From an uncultured Verrucomicrobiae bacterium (lineage in GTDB: Bacteria > Verrucomicrobiota > Verrucomicrobiia > Chthoniobacterales > JAFAMB01), in contig CAWIPH010000002.1 of assembly GCA_963837955.1 (NCBI GenBank), positions 1,568,001 through 1,632,000 of the forward strand: a stretch of DNA of 64,000 nt, in the 5' to 3' direction. The translations under genes were made by a program, and so were the position numbers. The notes below the pieces were generated by a model that ran no database searches, was not told the DNA's origin, and saw only the letters and a list, made by a program, of their open reading frames with translations. Positions 29,601 to 38,593 of the stretch are shown piece by piece; within the stretch, counting starts at the first letter, position 1; the number at the start of each line of letters is the position of its first letter.

Positions 29601-30524
29601 CTATTGGCCGATCAGTTTGTTCAATATCGCGGCCGCTACCAGCGCCGCATTTCTCGAAGCGAGCCGAGTATAAGTTTCTTCCGAATTTTGACCGTGCTGC
29701 CCGCCCGCCAAGTCGCTGATTCCGCGAACGATCAAGACCGGAATACGATCGACATATCCGACTTGCGCTATCGCGGTGCCTTCCATTTCGTGTAGACGGA
29801 CTTTCCAGGTACGGAAAGCAAACTCGCGAAAATCGCGATTATCCAGGAATACCGGCCCGCTCATCGCGTTGCCGCCGATGTACACCGACCGAGGCTCTCC
29901 TTTAGTATCGACCAATCGCACGCGGTTCGCGGCACTTTCCGCACATCTCAATAGGTAATGATCAGCCGGAAAAGCGTGCACTTGGCGGAGCTTCGCATCA
30001 CCCTTTCTCACCACTTGCACGTCATTCGGAAAAATCATTTCGAAGTGCCCGTACTTTGGCCGGTAGAATTCCGGCAAAACATAGCCTCCCGATTTGTTCG
30101 AATCCGGATTCGACCAAACGGATTCCATTTGGTGGATCCAATAAGCTGGCACCACAACATCACCTGGATGGAGCGCCGGATCCACCCCACCGGCGATCCC
30201 GGCAAAGATGATCGCATCAAGTTGAAAATGGTCGACTGCCATTTGGGTCGTCAATGCGGCATTGACCATACTCATCCCCGACAGAAAAAAGTAGAGATGC
30301 TTGCCGTCAAGATCGACCAGGCGAACGCGCGTTCCATTTACTTCCTCGATCTTACTTTCGGCTCTTTTCGGGATGATTGCTTGTTCTATTGCCGTCAATT
30401 CGGGATCGAATGCCGAGACGATGCCGATGCGGTCGAACTCTGCCGAGGAGCCGCGAAGGGTCAAAAAAGAACTGATTAAAAATAGACGCAGCAAAAACGC
30501 GCAGCGCGCGAGCCACGGCTTCAT
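29601..30524 (-). CDS. 5'-methylthioadenosine/S-adenosylhomocysteine nucleosidase family, with signal-peptide-like N-terminus
   Basis: GMSMVNAA, FAGIAGG, GDVVVP, EMEGTAIAQV and RGISDLAGG motifs; hydrophobic N-terminus from MKPWLAR. Confidence 0.85.
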   Translation of the reverse strand: MKPWLARCAFLLRLFLISSFLTLRGSSAEFDRIGIVSAFDPELTAIEQAIIPKRAESKIEEVNGTRVRLVDLDGKHLYFFLSGMSMVNAALTTQMAVDHFQLDAIIFAGIAGGVDPALHPGDVVVPAYWIHQMESVWSNPDSNKSGGYVLPEFYRPKYGHFEMIFPNDVQVVRKGDAKLRQVHAFPADHYLLRCAESAANRVRLVDTKGEPRSVYIGGNAMSGPVFLDNRDFREFAFRTWKVRLHEMEGTAIAQVGYVDRIPVLIVRGISDLAGGQHGQNSEETYTRLASRNAALVAAAILNKLIGQ

Positions 30525-30562
30525 CGGTTCTATGTTACTTAGGCTGCTCATTTGGGGCGATT

Positions 30563-31036
30563 TCATGCGGACGCGGACCCGTTTTTAAAATGATTGGGAA
30601 ACATGAGACGATCATCCTCCAAAAGGACTTCGAACATGGGAGACGTTATCGACATCTTTTCCGCAGCTGGGTAGATTTCGTAGAAAGTTGCTGCCGGAAT
30701 GAAGGCCAGCACATCTTCAATTCGTGGGCTGAAAAGTTTCTTGTTCAGTGAAGCGACGCTCGACAGATCGGCATTTCTCCGCAGCCAGTCAGCGATTTCA
30801 TCTTCAACCGAAACCTTCTGCACAATTTCGAGTAGCCATTCTTCGGTCACGCCAATGCCATCGAGAAGCATAAGGCTTAAGCCGGGTGCAAATGGCGTAG
30901 TAATACTGTACACGCCAATATTTCCCCCAGGAAGCTTCGCCCGCAATTTATCGATCGTGCGGGACATCATGTATAGGCCTTCCATTTTTTGATGAGGGCT
31001 GCGTGGTGGCTAAGTCGTTAGGTCGATGGTTTCCAT
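30563..31036 (-). pseudogene. DUF5069-like gene, copy 1, with a nonsense codon at position 9
   Basis: Near-identical to 35710-36210 but codon 9 is TAG instead of CAG; could restart at MEGLY (30985). Confidence 0.75.
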
Positions 31037-31466
31037 TTATTGCATGAGTGGGTGTTGGACATTGCACTGCGTTGAGGTGTCAACTATTAACTCAGCACTT
31101 TGAATACTAACTCAGTACTTTGAATACCCGCCGTTCTTTGTTCCAAGTGCCGCAACCATTGTCTAGACGGTGATTGCGCTATGATCCGGTCGATCTAAGG
31201 AAGCTGTTAGCGTCTGAAATCATTTTGGATAATTTGCTTAATTTCAATGGTCGACCCTCGCGACTGCAGGTGACAGCCAGAGGTCGAGCGCTGATTGTGG
31301 ACTACCTGCTTCAACGGTCAACTAACCGAAGAAGCACATAAGACACTATGCTGTTGAGGCTGAACTGGAATGCGGACACCTGCAATGGATGTGTCGTTCA
31401 TAGGACAGCCTAAGGTGTGTAATGGAATGGGCGAGACCATCTGGAGTCATTAGCACCACAACTATC

Positions 31467-31689
31467 TATTCATCCGTTTCTTTAGATTTGCTTGCCCAAT
31501 AAGCGGATCGAGGGCATCGGGGTTCAATGAAGATTTTGCCGGCACCTTCCGGCATTTCACTTCGGGTTGTTGTTTCCATATTTATTTTGTTTTGTTGAGA
31601 TTTCGACTGGTGGCGTTGACCGGATGGTCTCGCCGCACGCAGTTATGGATTTACTACGAATGAGAGCGTCCCTCCGCTTGCCGTTACAG
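31467..31689 (-). repeat. Duplicate of the leader cassette at 29271-29493, derived from the methyltransferase 5' end
   Basis: Shares gatcgagggcatcggggttcaatgaagattt and gttgagatttcgactggtggcgttgaccggatggtctcgccgcacgcagttatggatttactacgaatgagagcg. Confidence 0.85.
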
Positions 31690-32442
31690 TTGCCGGCAAT
31701 GATTTCAATACCGTCTCGGTCTGAGCCAGCAGCATCCGAAGACTAAATTCCACAGCGTGGTCCCCTGGATCTTGCTCATTTCTCGGGTGTCTTTGTTAAC
31801 ATGGTCCTTTTCGGGCCCAGAAATAAAGGGTAGGCCGCCGACACCTGACGAATAAGGTATGTTAGCACAGATAAACTCTAGCTTCGTAGATGGTATTCTT
31901 TGTAGTTCTGGCGGCGTTGACCGGATGATCCAGCTGCAGGGTATTTATTTAGGAGCTATAGGACTCCGTACTTTGAATACCCACCGTTGTTTGTTACGCT
32001 TTCCGAAATTGTTGTCTAGATGGCGACGACAATCACATAGTCGTAATTACCCTTTATAAATGAAACTCAATATTCCTTGTGGCCTCACGATACGTCGTCC
32101 CGTGACGGAGAACAATACTTTCGAAGGCGCACACCTATATCGAAAAGGTATACGCGAGCGAATCTCTTATCTCTCTTTAAGAGGATTGCTGAAACGAGCC
32201 GCTTTCGACTAATTCCTTGGGAGCGCGAAACGGAACTGCCTAATCGCGGCAGTTAGAAAAAAAGGCGGGTATCCAAAATACGGAGTTCTAATACCCCCAA
32301 CAAAACATGGGCCAGGCTATCCGGTCAAGGTTGCCAGATCCGCAATGGGAGTATCTATGAAACTGGGCTTTATTTGTCTCAACGCGGCAGTTAGGACAGA
32401 GACGCTTGACCTCTCCTCCTATTGAGCTACATCTCCATTCTG

Positions 32443-33387
32443 ATGGATCTCCGACATCTCCGTTACTTTCAGGCTGTCGCCACCTTACTTAACTTTAGCC
32501 GCGCTGCGGAAGAGCTGCATGTCGCGCAGCCTGCAATCAGTCGGCAGATCAGAGATCTTGAGGAGGAAATAGGCGTCACGCTGTTCCGGCGCTCATCCTC
32601 GCGTGTCCAGCTTACCGAGGCCGGACAGTATTTCTTGAACCAGACCGACCAGCTTCTCGAACTTCTGAACAATGCAGTCGCCAAAGCCCGGCAGATCGGC
32701 AAGGAGGCAACCGGACAGCTCAATATCGGCAGCGACTGGAATATTCCAGCACCAATCTCCGTCTCAGTGCGCAAGTTCCGGAAACTTTATCCAAAGTTCC
32801 ACGTGAATTTCGTCGAATTGCCGAGCCACGAACATATGCGCGCAGCGCGCTCCGGCCAAATTCATGTCGGTTTTGTCTCGTCTCGTGACATCGATTCCCG
32901 CGACGATCTTGATTTGGTGCGCGTCTTTTCTACTGAAGTAATTGTCGTTTTGCCTGACCATCACCGGCTAGCGCATCGGGAGCGGATTCGCATAGCTGAG
33001 TTGAATGATGAACGCTGGATTACGCCCCATAAAACGTTGGCTCCCAAGTGTCATGACTGGATCAAGGAGCTCCTGCGTTCCGCTCAATGCAATGCAAAAT
33101 TCGGCAAGACAGCAAATTCGCTTCAAGGTATGCTCGCCTTGGTGGCGGCTGACGAAGGGATTTGCCTGGTGGGGAAACAACTCTTGGTGAATAGCACCAC
33201 AGGAATCCGACTCGTCCCCACCGACTGCCCGAACTTCGAGCTTTTTGCTGTCTCGCTCAAAAATCCGTCCTCCATTCCGGCAGCCAGTTACCTGGAGGTT
33301 CTGCGGGAAGAATCGACTCAATGGGCAGTTCCGTTTCGCGCTCCCAAGGAATTAGCCGAAAACGCCTCGTTTCAGCAACCCTCTTGA
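32443..33387 (+). CDS. LysR-family transcriptional regulator
   Basis: MDLRHLRYF.AVA..LNFSRAAEELHVAQPAISRQIRDLEEEIG HTH. Confidence 0.95.
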   Translation: MDLRHLRYFQAVATLLNFSRAAEELHVAQPAISRQIRDLEEEIGVTLFRRSSSRVQLTEAGQYFLNQTDQLLELLNNAVAKARQIGKEATGQLNIGSDWNIPAPISVSVRKFRKLYPKFHVNFVELPSHEHMRAARSGQIHVGFVSSRDIDSRDDLDLVRVFSTEVIVVLPDHHRLAHRERIRIAELNDERWITPHKTLAPKCHDWIKELLRSAQCNAKFGKTANSLQGMLALVAADEGICLVGKQLLVNSTTGIRLVPTDCPNFELFAVSLKNPSSIPAASYLEVLREESTQWAVPFRAPKELAENASFQQPS

Positions 33388-34301
33388 AGAGAGAATAAGA
33401 GATTCGCTCGCGTATATCTTTTCAATATTGCAATGACCTATAAATGTTCGACGGACAAAGGTGGCGGACGCACCCTCCGATCGAAAGGATCTCTCTTCAC
33501 CGGGTGGACAGGCCGACCGATGAAGCCTGTGGCTCGCGCGCTGCGCGTTTTTGCTACATCTATTTTTATCGGTCCTTTTTGGGCCCAGCGCGGCATTCTG
33601 ACTGCACCAGCTATGGGTTTGGGGCGTTGACCGGATGGTCTCGCCGCACGCATTTATGGACTTAGTACGAGCCAGTAGTACAGGGGGCAGCTGACACGTG
33701 TGTGTACGGCATGCCCTAACTGTATCGCACCTAATTCTGCGTAGAATTGAATGGGATCGAGAATAGAGCGGTCGACTCCGGATGCCGTCACAGCTGCAGC
33801 TGCGCTGGCCAGTGAGAACTTTCAAAGTCAAACTCCTTCGGGGTTTGAGTCAACCAAGCGAGCTTCGAAATAGTAGCAGAGGGGTCGTCCCAATCGATTT
33901 TGAGTCCTAGACGCTCTGCCTGTGCTCTGACGGCGGTGTGAGCTTGCACAAACATTCGGAATAAGGTTCTCTAAGCCGCGTCGATTTCTAGCCAGATTTT
34001 CAGGGGTAGTCTCGTGCGGCCAATCATATACGCGGAGCGGAGTATAGGCCGTGTAGTCGAAGTTCAATGCATTAGTTAGGTGAGTGCAAGCAATTGGCAC
34101 AGCGCGCTGGAAAATCAGGATCGCAGAATAGAATAAGCGCCGACTGCAGGCGCAATCGGACCAAAACCAAAAAAAATCTACGAACCCAGTCTCCCTCTTC
34201 GCGCTAATGAGAAGCGACATGTCGTCACACGCGGCCGGACACTAGCTCAAAATTTAGCGACGCAGAGTTTAAAAGCGGTCTGTTTCGATTCATTTTAATA
34301 G

Positions 34302-34337
34302 GCTCTTAAAACAGACGTTCAGCGTCTGTTTAAGAGC
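34302..34337. other. Imperfect palindrome/hairpin
   Basis: gctcttaaaacagacg-ttcag-cgtctgtttaagagc, ~110 bp downstream of the methyltransferase stop. Confidence 0.4.
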
Positions 34338-34446
34338 TTCCTAACCGATAGCAATCGAGCCGCATTTAGGCTACTGCCTATAAACGGTAACTTATACACC
34401 TCTTGGCAGCACGATGATGAGTTTTGGGGTACAGCCGAGGATTTTC

Positions 34447-35547
34447 CTATGGTCGCGCTTCCATAATCATATTGAAGGGCGTTTCCGCGGCACGACGGAG
34501 CCGTGTAAATCCGCCCTTCGAGAGAACGTCTCTCAGGCGCCGCTCGCCGGCTTGCGCTCCTAGGGCGAGGCCGACTTCCTGACTGAGCGAACCAGGAGTG
34601 CATATCATCGTCGAGAACCCGTAATACAATCTGCCAACCGGATTAATATTCTCAGCGAGCGAATCTCCAGCGAGAGGCTCCACAATCATGAATGTGCCAT
34701 CGGCTTGAAGGGACTGTTTGACATGTGACACCGCGCCAACCGGATCGCCCATGTCGTGCAGAGCGTCGAACACGGTTACAAATCCGTAGTCGTTACCGGG
34801 GAAGTCTTTCGCTGTAGCAATACTGAAATGGACGTTCGTAATTTGCTGCTCCGTGGCATGGCGATTCGCTGCCTCGACGGAAGCCGGATGCAAATCAAAT
34901 CCACAGAATTCAGATTTAGGGAACGCTTTCGCCATGATGAGGGTCGAGATGCCATGACCGCATCCGATGTCCGCGACACGAATGCCGGCGCTCAGCTTCT
35001 GCTGGACGCCGTCAAGCGCGGGTATCCACTTCTCGTTTATGTTGGCTTGATAACCGGGCCGAAAGAACCGCTCTATCCCGCAAAAAAGGCAGTTGTGATG
35101 CCTTCCCCAAGGCAGACCCGCGCCGGTCCGAAAACTCTCGGCGACAAGCGGTTCGTCGTGGTAAATGGCCGAAATGGTATAGAAACCTCCCGTCATCGCG
35201 GCAGGACTATTTGGATCAGCGAATACTGCGACCTGTTCGGCAGTGAGAAAAAAAGCCTCGCTGGCTGCATCATAGCTAACGTACCCCGAGGCAGTCTGGG
35301 CACTAAGCCATTCCCTAAGCTGTCGCTCATGGAGGTTGGTCTTTTTGGCGAGTTCTTGGGAGGTCGCCGGGCCAATATCGGCAAGCGCTGCGTAAATTCC
35401 GAGGTCGTCGCCAAGCACAACGAGCGCTCCATTTACGGCCGCCCCGAGATCGCTGACCATCTGCCCAAGAAGCTGATTGAGGGCATCGGGGTTCAATGAA
35501 GATTTGCCGGCGCCGGCCGGCATTTCACTTCGAGTTGTTGTTTCCAT
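34447..35547 (-). CDS. Class I SAM-dependent methyltransferase with N-terminal winged helix (Rv2258c-like)
   Basis: LREWLSAQ, VADIGCGHG, FDALHDMGDP, LGAQAGE and TPFNMIMEARP motifs. Confidence 0.92.
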   Translation of the reverse strand: METTTRSEMPAGAGKSSLNPDALNQLLGQMVSDLGAAVNGALVVLGDDLGIYAALADIGPATSQELAKKTNLHERQLREWLSAQTASGYVSYDAASEAFFLTAEQVAVFADPNSPAAMTGGFYTISAIYHDEPLVAESFRTGAGLPWGRHHNCLFCGIERFFRPGYQANINEKWIPALDGVQQKLSAGIRVADIGCGHGISTLIMAKAFPKSEFCGFDLHPASVEAANRHATEQQITNVHFSIATAKDFPGNDYGFVTVFDALHDMGDPVGAVSHVKQSLQADGTFMIVEPLAGDSLAENINPVGRLYYGFSTMICTPGSLSQEVGLALGAQAGERRLRDVLSKGGFTRLRRAAETPFNMIMEARP

Positions 35548-35709
35548 AATCTATTTTTCTTTTGTCGAGACTTCGACTGATGGCGTTGACCGAATGGCTA
35601 GCGGCAGGGTATTTAGATTAGTTAGGAGCTTTAGAACGCATTCCTTCTACTGGTTATGACCACTCATGACGCCACCCTAGACCGCATTGAGACGATCGGA
35701 GTACTAAGG

Positions 35710-36210
35710 TTACTTAGGCTGCTCATTTGGGGCGTTTCGTGCGGACGCGGACCCGTTTTTAAAATGATTGGGAAACATGAGACGATCATCCTCCAAAAGG
35801 ACTTCGAACATGGGAGACGTTATCGACATCTTTTCCGCAGCTGGGTAGATTTCGTAGAAAGTTGCTGCCGGAATGAAGGCCAGCACATCTTCAATTCGTG
35901 GGCTGAAAAGTTTCTTGTTCAGTGAAGCGACGCTCGACAGATCGGCATTTCTCCGCAGCCAGTCAGCGATTTCATCTTCAACCGAAACCTTCTGCACAAT
36001 TTCGAGTAGCCATTCTTCGGTCACGCCAATGCCATCGAGAAGCATAAGGCTTAAGCCGGGTGCAAATGGCGTAGTAATACTGTACACGCCAATATTTCCC
36101 CCAGGAAGCTTCGCCCGCAATTTATCGATCGTGCGGGGCATCATGTATAGGCCTTCCATTTTTTGATAAGAGCTGCGTGGTGGCTGAGTCGTTAGGTCGA
36201 TGGTTTCCAT
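35710..36210 (-). CDS. DUF5069-like protein, copy 2 (intact)
   Basis: DLTTQPPRS...GLYMMPRTIDKLRAKLPG.NIG.Y pattern; family assigned from memory. Confidence 0.7.
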   Translation of the reverse strand: METIDLTTQPPRSSYQKMEGLYMMPRTIDKLRAKLPGGNIGVYSITTPFAPGLSLMLLDGIGVTEEWLLEIVQKVSVEDEIADWLRRNADLSSVASLNKKLFSPRIEDVLAFIPAATFYEIYPAAEKMSITSPMFEVLLEDDRLMFPNHFKNGSASARNAPNEQPK

Positions 36211-36354
36211 TTATTGCATGAGTGGGTGTTGGACATTCCAGTGCGTTGAGGTGTCAACTATTAACTCAGCACTTTGAATATTAACTAAGTACTCTGAATA
36301 CCCGCCGTTTTTTGTTCCAAGTGCCGCAATGATTGTCTAGATGGCCGGACCACG

Positions 36355-36510
36355 TGTACTTGCACCAAAAAACCGGACACTACCAGATACGCAAAATGAT
36401 CTACACGACCAACGCCATCGAGAGCCTGCATATGCAGGTGAGAAAAGTGATCAAAAACAGAGGGCATTTTCCAAGCGATGAAGCGGCCACCAAATTGATC
36501 GCGTTTGACG
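36355..36510 (+). mobile_element. IS256-family transposase fragment
   Basis: IRKMIYTTNAIESLHMQVRKVIKNRGHFPSDEAATKLI is the IS256 C-terminal motif; an IR-like sequence (caccaaaaaaccggacactacc) precedes it. Confidence 0.8.
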
Positions 36511-37470
36511 TCTACATAATGAAAAGGCGCCACGCTTCTCGATCCGATCCTGATTTTAATCGTAATCTTGGCCCTCTATCTCCCGTGGGTCGGCCGCAAA
36601 GCCTTCGCTAATCTACTAAACTGACCTTCGATCACCTTACTTCACTCCATTAACCTCAACTCCGTTGTGAAGCTGCAAGGCAGCAACTCCGTAGGCCCCG
36701 GCCCTCTAACTGACGCCGGCCGCCGCCGAGCAAGTCGGCCTTCTTATAAGACGCTTGCCGCACCCTAGAGGGCCTCAAGGATCGTTGATAAATGGGGAGA
36801 ACTCAAGAAAGGGAAAGTTATGCACGCCAAGCGTCAATCCTCCTCGGAAACAACGCATGTGATTAGGCCACGATCGGTCACCTACGGTAAAACGTTTCTT
36901 CGCGCTTTCACGCGGGAGAAGCGGTATCTAACGTGCATAACTTTCCCTTTCTTGAGTTCTCCCCTATCTCTACATCATGATGCCAGGATCTGTTTACCAA
37001 TGGAAAAGAGAAGCTGGGTGGAAAAAGCTCCTTTAGACAACCTTCGAAGGTCCTCCTGAACGGGAACCCTAACGAAAAGTAGCTAGTCGGATAAGAAGTG
37101 TTGAACCACAGGGAAAATTTCCAGAGCACGATATCCGCCACCCCGCTCAGCGGTGATGTGTAAAATAAAGATTCGTTCGAAGGGATTAGCGCTAGGGATC
37201 GTTAGGTTTTGAGCGATCAAATCAAACTCATATGACTCTGTCACCGGAGCGAGCGGTAAATGGCAAGCCAGAGCCCGTCAACACCTTCATATTGCTTAGA
37301 GCATTTTTCGTTGAGAGCACGCTGGCTAGAGATCGTAACCCGCTCATCCATGCGATCCCATATTAGCTTTTACAGGCCGCCCCGCGAAACGCCGGGAACG
37401 CCGACATCGCCGCGATCGCCGACAACGGGAAGATGGTCTCCGATCGATCCTCAACCAATCTAGAATAGTT

Positions 37471-37519
37471 GCGCCCTCTCAAGGCCGGTGCACGGGTTCG
37501 AGTCCCGTACGCGCAGCCA
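37471..37519 (+). other. 3' half of a tRNA-Glu(CTC) (att-like remnant)
   Basis: gcc-ctctcaa-ggc anticodon arm, acggg-ttcgagt-cccgt T-arm, ends in CCA; no D-arm or 5' acceptor strand upstream. Confidence 0.65.
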
Positions 37520-37667
37520 GGTGGCCGGAGTTGGTATCATCTCCCCACAGTTTGATGTGAGCGCAGACTAGGAAGTCTTAGCGAGAGTACTAGTAGATTT
37601 CCTAGTTATGGACTCGTTGAAGACTGATTCGCTGATCTCTTTGTACGGAGCGCTGACCTAGCGAGCT

Positions 37668-38333
37668 TTAGGCCTCAGCTACCCAACTTTGAATCTTTGG
37701 TGGATCAATTTTGCCGCGAAGCCCTTCGGCCCGCAACAAATACTCCACTATGTCGTCATTGCTCATTTTGGGATACGTTTCCTTGATCCCGGACGCTATT
37801 ACCTTCACATACTGCTCACACGGTGGGCTTGGATTCGCCTGCAGGTCAGCTCGGGCGGTTGTGAAAGTAAGGACCGGATACCCTCCTTCCGATCCAATAT
37901 TCAGGAGTCTTCCGTACCAAGGATTACCGGACAAACGAAATTCCCGTTGCCCAACTAACTGGTCGAACGCTGGAATGCAACGCCAGCCGGAAACCGGACT
38001 TTCATTCTCCTGCATCACTACGTCATTGAACTGTTCGTCGGTGATTAGGTACATCCGACCTAACGTGGGGCGTCCCTTTGGGTTTTCACGAATAAAGGCT
38101 AGGCCGCCGTTTCCCCACCTTCTAAATCGACCGGCGAAATACAGTTCAAAATTGAGCGACGTCGGTTGGGATTCTGTAGGCTCGCCTTTATCTCGGCATC
38201 CCTCGTTTCGTTTGGCGCTCCCCTCCGGAGTACCACCTTGAATATAGCACATGAGACGTTCACGCTGCAGATTCGAGCCGTAGCACGCGTACCAGACCCG
38301 TTTGGGCGTACTCTGGTCCTGATTCGGTAACAT
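37668..38333 (-). CDS. Hypothetical protein, gamma-glutamylcyclotransferase-like fold candidate
   Basis: N-terminal VWYACYGSNL motif and C-terminal PPCEQYVKVIASG. Confidence 0.55.
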   Translation of the reverse strand: MLPNQDQSTPKRVWYACYGSNLQRERLMCYIQGGTPEGSAKRNEGCRDKGEPTESQPTSLNFELYFAGRFRRWGNGGLAFIRENPKGRPTLGRMYLITDEQFNDVVMQENESPVSGWRCIPAFDQLVGQREFRLSGNPWYGRLLNIGSEGGYPVLTFTTARADLQANPSPPCEQYVKVIASGIKETYPKMSNDDIVEYLLRAEGLRGKIDPPKIQSWVAEA

Positions 38334-38533
38334 TTGTTGCGATCGTCTCTAGGTTTGACCGCAAAATATCAGTGCAGAATAACTAGTCGATATGTAAAGG
38401 GCCTCACTTGCGTTGCCAGCGGGGCGGAACAAGAAAAGAAAAAGTCAGGGGAGTCATCGTCAACAACAATCGCTACCACACAAATTGAAACGAATCGGGT
38501 CGTGAGCGCGAAGCTCTTAAAATACAGATGAGG

Positions 38534-38551
38534 CGATTCCTACACGGTGCA
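38534..38551 (+). repeat. att-like direct repeat of the tRNA-Lys 3' end (18 bp)
   Basis: CGATTCCTACACGGTGCA, identical to 17960-17977. Confidence 0.85.
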
Positions 38552-38593
38552 CCCGGCCTCAATATCAGTGATTTATGTAGGAATCCCTTTGTT

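Larger units (their letters stand above)
17978..38551. mobile_element. Putative tRNA-Lys-integrated island 1 (degraded; no integrase seen)
   Basis: Bounded by an 18-bp direct repeat of the tRNA 3' end (CGATTCCTACACGGTGCA at 17960-17977 and 38534-38551); contains transposase scraps and pseudogenes. Confidence 0.7.

Noticed and set aside
33700..34300. ORF 33828-34220 and neighbours
   Set aside because: No family signal or convincing RBS.
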